64,000 bases of DNA from Octopus vulgaris (lineage: Eukaryota), in assembly GCA_951406725.2 (NCBI GenBank), contig OX597839.1, positions 16,430,001 through 16,494,000 on the forward strand. The letters are read 5' to 3'. Below, in pieces: positions 12,511-25,907 of the stretch. How positions within the stretch are numbered: the first letter of the stretch is position 1; each line of letters opens with the position of its first letter. The notes under the pieces were generated by a model. The model ran no database searches. It saw only the letters and a list, made by a program, of their open reading frames with translations, and was not told where the DNA came from. The translations under genes and the position numbers were made by a program.

Positions 12511-12954
12511 ATATATATGTATATAAATATATATACGTGGTTTATTGGTTAGGGTGTAAGCATCATGATCATAAGATTGTGGTTTCAGTTCCTGGACCAG
12601 GTGATGCGTTGTGTTCTTGAACAAAACACTTCACTTCACATTGCTCCAGTCCACTCAGCTGACAAAAATGTATATATATATATATATATATTTAAAAAAA
12701 ATGTTCCCTTCTCAAGCCATGCCAGGCTCATAAGGGTCAGTTTCACGGTTTCAGTGGGATATAAATTCCCCACTGGGATGGGACACCAATCCATCACAGT
12801 ATTATACATTTTTGTCAGCTGAGTGGACTGGAGCAATGTGAAGTGAAGTGTTTTGTTCAAGAACACAACACATCACCTGGTCCAGGAACTGAAACCACAA
12901 TCATGATGCTGACACCCTAACCAATAAACCACGTACCTCCGCACACACACATAC

Positions 12955-13003
<49 letters not shown>

Positions 13004-13377
13004 TTAGGTACAGGCATGGCTGCATGATAAGAAACTTGCTTCCCAACCACATGATTCTAAGTTCAGTCCCACTGCATGACACCTTGGGCAAGTGTCTTCT
13101 ACTATACCCTCAGGCCAACCAAAGCCTTGCAAGTAAATCTGGTTGACAGAAACTGAAAGAAGCCCATCATGTGTGTGAGTGTGTGTCTGTGTTTGTCCTC
13201 CTCACCATTGCTTGACAACCGATGTTGGTGTGTTTACGGTCCCGTAACTAAGCAGTTTGGCAAAAGAGACTGGCAGAATAGATACTAGGCTTACAAAGAA
13301 TAAGTCCTGAGGTCTTAAAACCCTCAAGATGGTGCTCCAGCATGACTGCAGTCCAAATGACTAAAACAAGTAAAAGA

Positions 13378-13424
<47 letters not shown>

Positions 13425-13622
13425 ACTTAACTACATCCATCCATTATCCATTCTGACTTTATTTACCAAGACAACCATCAATGGTATCCTCCTCGTTGCT
13501 CCACCAGCTCAATAAACAACACCCTGAGCACTTCCTTCGCACACAACCATCAGTGGTTTTGTTTGGGGAGTGGATGGTCCCTGACAGGCAGGGTACAGAT
13601 TTGGTCATCTGTTGTTTTAAAT

Positions 13623-13855
13623 CAAAGGTTCCCAATAGGGGGGTAGCATATGCCCAAACGGGGCCATTTGGAGTTCATGGGGGGGCGTTTTGGAGCAAAG
13701 GGTACTCTTTCGATAGACAACACGTTGATCTCATAAGTGTCACATGGTGGAAATAAACGCAATTACCAATCTTTCAATTCGTTATTTCGTTTTTTCGCAT
13801 TTCACTTTATACATCTGTACTTCCGACTGTTAACAGAAACTGAAAGAAGCCCATC

Positions 13856-13924
<69 letters not shown>

Positions 13925-14101
13925 GGTGTCTATGTTTGTCCTCCTCACCATTGTAAAACAACGTCCTTTATTTTTTAATCATTATCCACTGATATGAAAA
14001 TAAGTAGTATATTGAAAAATAAAAATATTTTTTGGGGGTGGCATTTGTGACTCCAAGGGACAAAAGGGGGGCCTTTGGCCAAAATGGATTAGGAACCTTT
14101 G
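13623..14101. mobile_element. hAT-like MITE or composite
   Basis: TIRs CAAAGGTTCCCAAT / ATTAGGAACCTTTG; 8-bp flanks TTTTAAAT / TTTTAAAC; right half is related to 32325-32500. Confidence 0.55.
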
Positions 14102-14456
14102 TTTTAAACCCACCAGCCTGCTATTGACACAAGTTCCCACACTATCCTTGCTATGGTTTAGTCTCAATTAATTAATATTATCTTCACTATAATTATCATG
14201 TTAATGCTAATTTGTCCACGTCTAAAATGTAGGTGATATTGACGATAAGCAGTGGCACTAAGAAGGTGAGAAGCTTTTAATGATAAACATTGGAGAGAAG
14301 GTAGAAGAGACTTTGCTACTGTGAGAAACATGAATAGTTGAAATATTGGTGGCAGAATCTATAAGGTTCTTGTTGTAATGCTGTAGTTATGGTTGCTGTT
14401 ACTGTTGTAGTCATTCTCCTCCAATATTTGGCACTCTGAGAGCTGTTATTAATTAT

Positions 14457-14501
<45 letters not shown>

Positions 14502-14762
14502 ACAGAGGGACGAGAAAGAATTTGTGTGTGTGTTTATGGGTTTTTGAGGAGAGTAGAAGTTATTAATAAGTGAGGAGGTAAAGAGAGAGAAGAGAGGGAG
14601 AGAAAGAGAAGGGAGGGAGTGAGAGAGAGAGAAGAGAGGGAGAGAGAGAGAAGTAAGGAGGGAGATGGGTCAGAAATGGGAACATACTTCTCATTATTTC
14701 TACCTTCCTTATCAGTTCATTGCACATTAAATGCTTTATGTGTATGTACACATGAATTTATG

Positions 14763-14838
<76 letters not shown>

Positions 14839-14984
14839 TTGAAGAAGATAAATGAATTATCTTATTACGGATAATTCAAATGATAACCGATACCTGGGTA
14901 GCAAAAATCACAACAGAAAGAGCACGGTTGAAGTTAAGACCATGGGGCATATATATATACATACATACATATACATATACATAC

Positions 14985-15034
<50 letters not shown>

Positions 15035-15203
15035 GTATATATATATATATCAAAATGAGGGTGAAAAAATTGTATATTAATTTAATAACATCAATTTAAC
15101 ACCAGTGGTTTAGTGCATAAAAAACTGAGATTCAGTAAGTATTATTAATACACATATGAGATAGAATCCACTAAAGTGGCGTCCACTTTAGTGGATTTTC
15201 TCT

Positions 15204-15261
<58 letters not shown>

Positions 15262-17997
15262 AATATATATACATACATATACATACAAGTGGAGGCGCAA
15301 TGGCCCAGTGGTTAGGGCAGTGGACTCGCGGTTGTAGGATCGCGGTTTCGATTCCCAGATCGGGCATTGTGAGTGTTTATTGAGCGAAAACACCCAAAAC
15401 TCAATGAGGCTCCGGCAGGGGGTGGTGACGATCCCTGCTGTTTCTCTTTCGTCACAACTTTCTCTCACTCTTTCTTTTGTTGGCCTGCTCGCTTAGCCAG
15501 TGGGGTGGCATCATTTGAAGGCTAAAACAATGCGAAGTGCATTGTGACCAGCGATGTGTAGCAACATCCGATAACCTGGTCGACCACGGTGATATACATA
15601 CATATATTTATATATATATAGTATATATATGTATAATGTATATATATATATATAGGTATGTATGTATATAAGTATGTCTGTGTATATATATATATTGTGT
15701 GTATGTGAGTGTGAATGTTGGTATTTCGCTTATCATCATCTGAGCAAAACAGTGATGCTTGCATTCCTTATTGACATAATAGTAGTCACTCTGTATTTTC
15801 AAAGATCTGTAGAAGAAGCACAAATATCCCTTACTTGGAAAACAACCAGTGAGGGTTAACCTCAATGAAGAGCATCTAGCTATAAATCCCTCGCATCAAA
15901 ACCAACTCCCATCCAAGCCATGCTAGCACATGAAGACAGACACTAAATGGACAAATGATACTCTCTATACTCTTTTACTTGTTTCAGTCATTTGACTGGG
16001 GCAATGCTGGAGCACCGCCTTAAATCGAGCAACTCGACCCCGGGACTTATTCTTTGTAAGGCCAGTACTTATTCCATCGGTCTCTTTTGCCAAACTGCTA
16101 AGTGACGGAGACATAAACACACCAGCATCGGTTGTCAAGCAATGCTAGGGGGACAAACACAGACACACAAACATACATGCACACACACACATATATATAT
16201 ATATATACAAGATAAGAAAATGGAGAAATACATCTAAATCAAATATCAATTATCCGATAATACTTAATCACATACTTTATTAAACCACAACTTAAGAGAC
16301 TGTAGGGTTAAACATAAAAAAGGAGAACAAATCAGTGTACATAAAGGAATGTACATATATATATATATATATACATATATACGATGGGCTTCTTTCAGTT
16401 TCCGTCTACCAAATCCATTCACAAGGTTTTGGTCAGCCCGAGGCTATAGTAGAAGACACTTGCCCAAGGTGCCACGTAGTGGGACTGAACCCAGAACCAT
16501 GTGGTTCGTAAGCAAGCTACTTACCACACACCCACTCCTGCGCCTATAAGCTACTATATCTTTTACCTTTTGTTTCAGTCAGTGGGCTGTGGCCCAGCTG
16601 GGGCACAGCCTTGAAGAGTTTTAGTCAAACAAATCATCCCCAGTACTTGTTATTCTTTTTTAAGTCTTCTACTTAGTTTATCATTCTCTTTTGCTAAGTT
16701 ATGGAGATGTAAACAAACCAACAGCAGTTGTCAAGCAGTGGTTAGGGACAACCACTCGACAGATTTCCATGTAATTTCTGTATGCTGAATTCCATTCAAG
16801 ACTTTGGTCAACCCAAGGCTTTTATAGATAACACTTGGTCAAAGTAGTGTAGGTACTAACTATTGACTGACTTCAATAAACTAAAACTCATCATCATCAT
16901 CATCATCATCATCGTTATCGTCATCATTTAACATCTGTTTTTCAGGGTGACATGGATTGGATAGTTTGACAGAAGCTGGCCAGCCAGAGAGCTGCACCAG
17001 GCTCTGTTTGTCTGCTTCAGCATGGTTTCTATGGCTGGGTTCCCTTCCTAATGCCAACCACTTCACAGATCGTGCTGGGTGCTTTTTACGTGCCACCGGC
17101 ATGGTGTATTTATGTGGGACCAACATAAGCGCATTTTACATGACACAGGCATGCGTGCACATCATGTGCATCTTATGTGGCACTGACACAAGTGCATCTT
17201 ATGTGGCACTGACACAAGTGCACTTACATGGCACTGGCACGAGTGCATTTTACGTGGCACCAACACCTGCGAGAGAAAGGTCTCTCAGCTGGGAGAGGGA
17301 GTAGGGGCATGGCTATAAAGATCATGCATATATGATGGATGGCTGTGATTTTACTTAGCTTGACTGAAACCAGATTAACCATTTAGCATTCAGATTACTG
17401 TCAAATATAATGCTTATTTATTTACATCCTTTTGAATTAACTGCACTTTATCTCATATCTTTGAGATTTCTATGATATTATAGTTTATTTTTAGAATGAC
17501 ATTATAGGGTTGGCGTGAGAGGCTGGATCTGGTTGGTTTGAACATAGAACAGGTAGAATAACTGGGCCAGATTTGGCAGGCTTAGACAGTAAAAGGCTAG
17601 GGCAATATTCCAAAAGCTATAATGAATCATCTGAAAGAAAGAAATTTCTTTGAATATCAACAATGTTAATGCATTTCTTTTCCCTTCCTTAAGATGACGC
17701 AAAGAAGTACACTTTTTATGGCTCATTAACTTATTTGATTTAACGAAGTTTACTAACCTTATGCGGAACTCTCTAATTACTTTACACTGAATGAACACTG
17801 GAAATTCCAAATTGCTTTACATGAGGAATGTAAATAGATTTTTAGGATAGGTGCAGGTGTGGCTCTGTAGTAGAAAGCTTGCTTTGTGATTACACGGTTC
17901 CAGGTTCAGTTTGACCTGTGTGGGACTACTGATTAGATCAGCTGGAATACTCAGCATTGTACCAAATTAATGCTCATCTTAGATGTGAAAAGTATTT

Positions 17998-18513
17998 CAA
18001 TCATCATCATTTCATCATTGTTCAACCGTGGTCGAGACAATGGAATTTACCATGCTACGCCAGACTTCACGGTTCATCATAGCATTACGGAGGTCCTGTT
18101 GCTGGATGCCTGTATCCCTGGAGATTACATCAGGGTAGGAGAGTGTGTGCCCTCTGGTATTGTGAGTAGATGGCTTCCAGAGGAGAAGAGTAGAAATTGC
18201 CTCGTTTTCAGCTCTACAACAATGTCCAGCAAACTGGACTCTTCTACCTTTCACACTCTCCCCATTTTTCTTCATCATTGTCGTTGACTATGTGCTATGT
18301 ATGTCAGTTGATACCATTTCTGGCAAGGGCTTTGAAATAAAACCTAGAAGAAGTTCCAGACACCCAGCTGAATACTTTACAGACACTGACTTTGCTGACG
18401 ACATCGCTTTTATCAGTGATTCTCTCTCCAATGCCCAGTCTCTTTTACAATATCTCGAACAAGCCTCAAATTGTGTAGGTCTTTACCTCAATGAGGTCAA
18501 GACTGAATACTGA
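17998..18513. mobile_element. RTE/RTEX-like LINE with inverted 5' segment
   Basis: Minus 17998-18258: SVKGRRVQFAGHCCRA..LLLWKP..AMMNREVWRSMV plus (GAT)n tail; plus 18262-18513: PFFFIIVVDYVL..TDTDFADDIAF..VGLYLNEVKTEY (RT FADD motif). Confidence 0.8.
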
Positions 18514-18659
18514 GTATTTCAATATTACATCTCTGCTAAGCTTCAATCACCACAAAGTATCTTAATCTTGGATGTTACCTAGGAATCTTCATTTCATAAA
18601 CGAAGGAAGATAGTTATTCTCTTCTTCACTGTGCCACCGATGTAGATACCTCCTTTAGT

Positions 18660-19066
18660 TTAGAAACAAAGGCTGAAGACGCTCGACCTTTATTCTCTAG
18701 AAAAACGACAACGCCGTGGTGATCTCATTCTTGCTCACAACATCATAAGCAGAAAGTGTAACCTCTCGAAAGAGCTGTTCTTCACTCCTGCTCCAGAGCG
18801 TTGGTTGCGGTGTCACTCCGAAAAGCTCTATCTGTGACGATTTCATCTCAATCGAAGGAGAGGGGCTTTCTCAGTCCGGGTTGCGGTCCCGTGGAATAAG
18901 CTGCTGGACGAGATAGTGAAGATGCCGACGACCGCTCGGTTCAAAGTCTCCCTTGACCACAAGTGACCTGAACTCTTTACATGAACACCACCCTGTACAT
19001 AACTCCATGTCCCCCTACATGGCCTTGCTTTTTGCTTTTTGAGCCAAAAAATTAACTAACTAACTA
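18660..19066 (+). mobile_element. CR1-clade LINE 3' fragment
   Basis: RLKTLDLYSLEKRQRRGDLILAHNII..AFSVRVAVPWNKL..VKMPTTARFKVSLD, 3' UTR, (AACT)n tail. Confidence 0.8.
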
Positions 19067-20171
19067 AAGATAGGTACCTAGCGCAAATCCACTCCTGCAA
19101 CATGTTAAGGAGACGTGTATCTCTGGAGTGCTCTGCCATTTGCACATATCATGAGCAGGTTGTTCTGGAAGTGCCAGTTTTATACTAAGACAGTAAAACT
19201 TAAAAGAAAAAAAACTAGAGATGATCTGTGTCAGCAAACAGTAAATACCAAGCATTCAAACAGTGGAATAAGTTTAAATACTGTGAGGATTTAGAAAAGT
19301 TGAACAACGTGTTGTTATTGAAGTATTTGATTTCTGCCTTTTTGCTCTCAGCATAAACTGTATTCTGCTAGTTTCTTATCACTGGTTTACAGTTTATACT
19401 TCCAGGTGATATGTAGTATTATAAATGATGCATTGTTTACAAATGTTTTCGTTCTTCATCTTACAGTTCCTTGCTTTTAAGAGCTTTTTATCTACCAAAC
19501 AGAATTTCTGAATTTACAGATTTGAACAACGAAATCTTGTTTTATTAAAATGAATCGTTTAGCACATAGCACATAGACACAGTTGTGACTGTGTGGTAAG
19601 AAGCTTGCTTCACAAACACATGTTTACAGATTCTGTCCCACTGGGTGGCACCCACCCTGGGCAAGTGTCTTCTGTTATATAGCCTTGGGCTGACCAACAG
19701 CTTGAGAGTGGATTTGGTAGATGGAAAGGGAAAGAAACCCATCATATATATGTGTATGTGTGTGTGTCTTTTACCAGTGTTGGCTTTTGCATGATTGTAT
19801 GCATTTTCATGTGTAGAATACAAATTCGCAAAAATTTTCTGAAAATTAAAAAAAGAAAAAGAAAATTATGAAGGGTTATATGTCATGCATAAAGCAGAAT
19901 TCTGCTGGTACTTCGTTTGTTTACAGTTGACAGCACACATGAAATCGACTTACCCCCTGCTCTGAAATTGCTGGCCAAAATTTGAAACCATTATTATATT
20001 TTTGTCATGGGCATAGGAGTGGGTGTGTGGTAAGTAGCTTGTTTACAAACCACATGGTTCTGGGTTCAGTCCCACTGCGTGGCATCTTGGGCAAGTGTCT
20101 TCTACTATAGCCTCGGGCCAACCAAAGCCTTGTGAGTGTATTTGGTAGACGGAAACTGAAAGAAGCCCGTC

Positions 20172-20208
<37 letters not shown>

Positions 20209-20384
20209 TAGATATATGTATGTATGTATGTATGTGTGTATATATTTGTGTCTGTGTTTGTCCCCCCAATGCTAGTGTGTTTACATCTCCAGCAGAATTT
20301 GAACTCAGAACATAAAGACAGACAAAAGCCACTAAGAAGCTTGCCTGGTGTGCTAATGATTCTGCCAGCATACCACCTTAATTT

Positions 20385-20970
20385 CATCATCATGATCGTT
20401 TAACGTCCGCTTTCCATGTTAGCATGGGTTGGACGGTTTGACTGGTGTCTGGTGAACCAGATGGCTGCACCAGGCTCCAGTCTGATCTGGCAGAGTTTCT
20501 ACAGCTGGATGCCCTTCCTAATGCCAACCACTCCGAGGGTGTAGTGGGTGCTTTTACATGCCACCGGCACGGGGGCCAGTCGGGCAGTACTGGCAACGGC
20601 CACGCTCAAATGCTGCTTTTTATGTGCCACCTGCACAGGAGCCAGTCCAGCAGCACTGGTAACAACTTCACTCGAATGTTTTTTTCATGTGCCACTAGCA
20701 CAAGTGCCAGTAAGGCGACACAGGTAACGATCACGCTCGAATGGTGCTTTTTACATCCCACCAGCACGGAAGCCAGTTTGTTGCTCTGGCAACGATCATG
20801 CTTGGATGGTGCTCTTAGCGCTCTGCTAGCATGGATGCCAGTCATCGAATTTGATTTCAATTTAACTTGCCTCAACAGGTCTTTGCAAGCAGAGTTTAGT
20901 GTCCAATGAAGGAAAGGTACACATAAGTGGGCTGCTTACACCCCTGGCATAGGCCACGAGGTTATGGTCT
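20385..20970 (-). mobile_element. RTE-LINE 3'-UTR-derived repeat with (GAT)n tail
   Basis: TTGGCATTAGGAAGGGCATCCAGCTGTAGAAAC..CATGGAAAGCGGACGTTAAACGATCATGATGATG; other copies at 16920-17290, 23930-24303, 26900-27075, 38963-39070, 58145-58430, 60348-60630; contiguous with the RTE ORF at 29430-30915. Confidence 0.7.
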
Positions 20971-21314
20971 ATTTATTATCTAATATTAATGGATTTCCCA
21001 GACCGGGATGCATGTTGTGTCCTTGAGCAAGATACTTTATTTCACATTGCTCCAGTTCACTCAGCTGTAGAAATGAGTTGCTACGTTACAAGTGCCAAGC
21101 TGTATTGGCCCCTTTGCCTTTCCCTTGGATAACACTGGTGGCGTGGAGAGGGGAGGCCAGTAGGCATGGGTGACTGCTGGTCTTCCATAAACAACCCTGC
21201 CTGGACTTGTGCCTCAGAGGGGAGCTTTCTAGGTGCAATCCCTTGGTCTGTGTCGTGACCGAAGGGGGTCTCAGGATTAATGGATTTCCATTAATCTAAC
21301 TGAATATTAATAGA

Positions 21315-21403
21315 GAAGTTACGTAACCATAGGGATAACAGTGTAATTTATTTTTGAGAGCTCACATTAAAAAAGGAAACTGTGCTCTCAGTGTTGAATT
21401 AAC
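21315..21403 (+). pseudogene. Nuclear copy (NUMT) of a mitochondrial large-subunit (16S) rRNA fragment
   Basis: AAGTTAC..CCATAGGGATAACAGTGTAATTTATTTTTGAGAGCTCACATT..AAAAAGG..CTCAGTGTTGAATTAA matches the conserved metazoan rrnL segment TAGGGATAACAGCGTAAT..GAGAGTTCATAT..CCTCGATGTTGGATTAA. Confidence 0.7.
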
Positions 21404-22654
21404 TTGTTTTATTACCATATTTCTGTTGGAAAACACTGCCTTTGTTTCAATTAATTTAAAAAATATTGAAGAATTTGATAAAATAACTTTGTCATCATCA
21501 AGCTACTCTTTGTGACAACAGATTCCTTTCTATTATAAGCACAAGGCCTGGATTTTGTGGGGAGGGGGACAGTTGATCACATTGACCCCGGTACTCAACT
21601 GGTATTTGCTGGCAGAAATGTTAGCACGCCGGACGAAATGCTTAGCGGTATTTCATCTGCCGCTACGTTGTGAGTTCAAATTCCGCCGAGGTCGACTTTA
21701 CCTGTCATCCTTTCGGGGTCGATAAATTAAGTACCAGTTACGCACTGGGGTCGATGTAATCGACTTAATACCTATGTCTGTCCTTGTTTGTCCCCTCTAT
21801 GTTTAGCCCCTTGTGGGAAATAAAGAAATAGGTATTTAATTTATTGACCTCCAAAAGGATAAAATGCAAAGTCAACCTCAGCAGAATTTGAACTCAGAAC
21901 ATAGCGACAAAATACTGCTAAGAATTTTGCCTGGCATGCTAACGGTTCTGCCAGCTCATCACCTTTCTATGAGACATAAATGAACATGAAATCTTAATGA
22001 AAGGTTTTAGTTAACATTTATTTCTTAATTGTTGCAGTCATTAAACAGTGGCCATGCTGGAGCACCACCCTGAAGGGTTTAAGTTGACTGAATCAACCCT
22101 AGTACTTTATATTTTAAGCCTGGTACTTATTCGCCCTATTTCTTTTACCAAGTCATGAAGTTATGGGGATGTAAATAAACCAACACCAATTGTGAAGCAG
22201 CGGTGGGGGACAAACATAAACACAAAGGCACACACACATATACACACACAGATATATCCATATATATTTATATATATATATGATGAGCTTCTTTCAGTTT
22301 GTGACTACCAAATCCATTCACAAGACATTGGTTAATTCAGGGCTATAGTAGAAGATACTTGCTCAAGGTGCCACACAATGGGACAGTACCCAGAACCATG
22401 TGGTTGGGAAGCAAACTCCTTATTAGGCAGCCACACTTGTTTCAGAGAAGTATTACATTAAATGGGTTAATTCTTTTTTGTATTGCAATTCATCAGAAGA
22501 ATGTCGTCACTCAAGTACATCCGGTTATAAAGGAGAAGGAAATTCAACATATAGCAAGGTGCGGTGAATTCAAAATTGGAGAACTATGCTAAAAGTCACG
22601 TAACAGTAAATGATTTCCTCTTAATAATAATAATAATAACAATCTTTTACTACC

Positions 22655-23225
22655 GGAAGTACAAGGCCTCGAATTTGGGGAAGGGATTAAGTCGATTACA
22701 TCGATCCCAGTGCATAACTGGTACTTATTTAATCGACCCCGAAAGGATGAAAGGCAAAGTCAACCTCAGCAAAATTCAAACTTAGAATGTAGCGGCAGAT
22801 GAAATACCTGTTTCTTTACTACCCACAAGGGGATAAACACAGAGAGGACATAAAAGGACAAACAAACGGATTAAGTCGATTATATCGACCCCAGTGTGTA
22901 ACTGGTACTTATTCAATCGACCCCAAAAGGATGAAAGGCAAAGTCAACCTCAGCAAAATTCAAACTTAGAATGTAGCGGCAGATGAAATACCTATTTCTT
23001 TACTACCCACAAGGGGCTAAACACAGAGAGGACATAAAAGGACAAACAAACGGATTAAGTCGATTATATCGACCCCAGTGAGTTACTGGTTCTTAATTAA
23101 TCGACCCCAAAAGGATGAAATGCAAAGTCGACCTCGGCTGAATTTGAACTCAGAACGTAGCAGCAGATGAAATACCACTAAGCATTTCGCCTGGCACACT
23201 AACGATTCTTCTAGCTCACTGCCTT
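22655..23225 (-). mobile_element. Tandem array of SINE-B units (~179-bp period)
   Basis: Repeated GATTAAGTCGATTA..GAAAGGCAAAGTCAACCTCAGC..GATGAAATACC units. Confidence 0.8.
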
Positions 23226-23244
23226 CTTCATCTTCTTCTTCGTC

Positions 23245-23246
<2 letters not shown>

Positions 23247-23285
<39 letters not shown>

Positions 23286-23331
23286 TAATAAATAATAATA
23301 ATAATAATAATAAATAATAATAATAATAATA

Positions 23332-23366
<35 letters not shown>

Positions 23367-23376
23367 AATAATAATA

Positions 23377-23409
<33 letters not shown>

Positions 23410-23476
23410 TAATAATAATAATAATAATAATTAATAAACAACAACAACAACAACAGGAGGAGGAGGAGGAGGAGGA
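23247..23476. repeat. (AAT)n/(GAT)n/(CAA)n/(GGA)n microsatellite
   Basis: Directly visible. Confidence 0.95.
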
Positions 23477-24671
23477 GTGAGGTTACTTCTCCAGAAACTA
23501 TAGAAGGGGAATGAAAACTTTGACTGTAAACCTTTGCTGCTTTGTGGCCATAACCAGCCATGGGAAAAGCTTTGGGAGTAAATTTTGAGTCAAAGCTCAG
23601 GCAGTTCAACATTATCTACAACCTTGTTCTGGCAATTCCTGAGCTGGCCAAATTGTAATAGCCATGCTGTTCCTTTGGACCCATCAGTGACAGGGAGAGG
23701 AGGCACACACTGCATGGGCAACAGCCTGTCCCTTATACCGAATTGCCCAGGCCTGGATCTTGTTGAACATTCTATACTGGAAAGATAGAACTCAAACTGC
23801 ATTGGGACAGCCCCAAAGTGCAACTTGCATGACAGAGACTACGATTTGCACATCAGACTGTGTCCAGTAGGGTGAACAACTTGGACCCTTATCCATGGTC
23901 ATTAATGACACACAGTGGCCGGACAAAGGACAAGTGAGGCCATAACCCGTGGCCTCTACTTGGAATGTAGCCAGCCCACTTATGCATACCTTTCCTTCTT
24001 GGGACACAAAACTCTGCTTGCGAAGACCTGCTGAGGCAAGTGAAATCAGAATCGAAATCACTCCAAAATCAATGGAAATTGCAGTTGTGATACCAGTGCT
24101 GGTGGCACATAAAAGAACCATCCGCCTGGCACGTAAAGGGCACCCACTACACTCACGGAGTTGTTGGTGTTAGGAAGGGCATCCAGCTGTAGAAACACTG
24201 CCAGATCAGACTGGGCCTGGTGCAGCCTCCTGGCTTCCCAGACCCCAGTCGAACCGTCCAACCCATGCTAGCATGGAAAGCGGACGTTAAACGATGATGA
24301 TGAGTGGCCATTCTCAACTCCCATAATTCTGTGGCTTTAATAGCTTTTAATGCCTTAGTGATGAGCCAGAATTTGAACCCAAAACATACAGACGAATGAC
24401 ACTCCTTAAACAGCATTAAAAATGAAGTATGCTTACAAGTTTTTTCTTTCCTCACCTTTAGTTATTTCCTTATAAGATCCTTTTATATACCAAACAAAAT
24501 GACAAGGATATCCTTTATATTTTTTTTCCCTGTTACTATCAGGACATAAGAAAAAAATGAAATTTCTTGCAGTTTACAGTTATGTCCCTTTAGTTTTGAG
24601 TACAAACCCAGTCCTGATTGACTTAGCATTTCACTTTCCAAGAGGTTACTGCAACGATGTAGAGGGAAACT

Positions 24672-24860
24672 ATTGGGTTGTCCAGAAAGTTTGTGCCGAT
24701 TTTTAAAGGAAAGAAATAGGTCAATAAATACTTGACATTACATTTTTAATCAACCAAATATGAACCATTTTGTTGCACAATGCATCTCCATCTTTCCTTT
24801 AACTTGAAAATACCCTCTTCCCAGATTTGAGGTGGTTTCATGGCAAAGAATTCATCAAGC
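24672..24860 (-). mobile_element. Mariner transposon 3' remnant
   Basis: LDEFFAMKPPQIWEEGIFKLKERWRCIVQQNGSYLVD* followed by a TIR-like end TATTGGGTTGTCCAGAAAG. Confidence 0.75.
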
Positions 24861-24911
24861 CTGTCATAGTCTTGTGAGTGGATTTGGTAGATGGAAACTA
24901 AAAGAAGCGTG

Positions 24912-24976
<65 letters not shown>

Positions 24977-25656
24977 ACAGGCTTCTTTCAGCTTCCATCT
25001 ACTAAATCCACTCACAAGACTATACTAGAAAACATTTGCCCCAAGGTGCCATGCAGTGAGACTGAACCCTCAACCATGTGGTTGGGAAGCTAGCTTCTTA
25101 CCACACAGCCACATCTGTATGTGTGTGTATATATATATACGGCGAGCTGGCAGAATCGTTAGCACACCGGGCGAAATGCTTAGCAGTATCTCGTCGGCTG
25201 TTACGTTCTGAGTTCAAATTCCGCCAAGGTCGACTTTGCCTTTCATCCTTTCAGGGTCGATAAATAAAGTACCAGTTTCGCACTGGAGTCGATGTAATCG
25301 ACTTAATCCCTTTGTCTGTCCTTGTTAGTCCCCTTTATGTTTAGTCCCTTGTGGGCAGTAAAGAAATATATATATATATATATATATATATAAACATCTG
25401 TGTGTGTGTGTGTGTGTCTTTGTGTCTCTGTTTGTCATCTACCACCACTTGACAACCAGTGTTGGCATGTTTACATCCCTGTAGCTTAGTTGTTTTGCAA
25501 GAGAGATAGCCAGCTTAAGTACCAGGCTTAAAAACGAAGTACAGGGGTCAATTCAAAGGCAGTACCCCAGCATGGCTGCAGTCTGATGACTGAAACAAGT
25601 AAAAGACATACATACATACATAAATACATACATACATACGTACATACATATGTATG

Positions 25657-25703
<47 letters not shown>

Positions 25704-25738
25704 GTATGTATATGTATGTATGTATGTATATATGTATG

Positions 25739-25769
<31 letters not shown>

Positions 25770-25907
25770 GTGTATATATGTATGTATGTATATATATATG
25801 TATGTATGTGTATGTATGTATGTATGTATATATGTATGTATGCATGTATATGTATGCATATATATCTTTATTTATTTATTTATTCATTTATTTATTTATT
25901 TATTCAG

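Noticed and set aside
15289-15365. tRNA gene
   Set aside because: tRNA-like head continues into a SINE body present in several copies; no clean cloverleaf or terminator
17694-17829. Possible exon after a strong acceptor, ending at GTAAAT
   Set aside because: All three frames contain stops; could be UTR or pseudo-exon but cannot be supported
22497-22600. Possible exon (KNVVTQVHPVIKEKEIQHIAR)
   Set aside because: Weak splice sites and no recognisable homology
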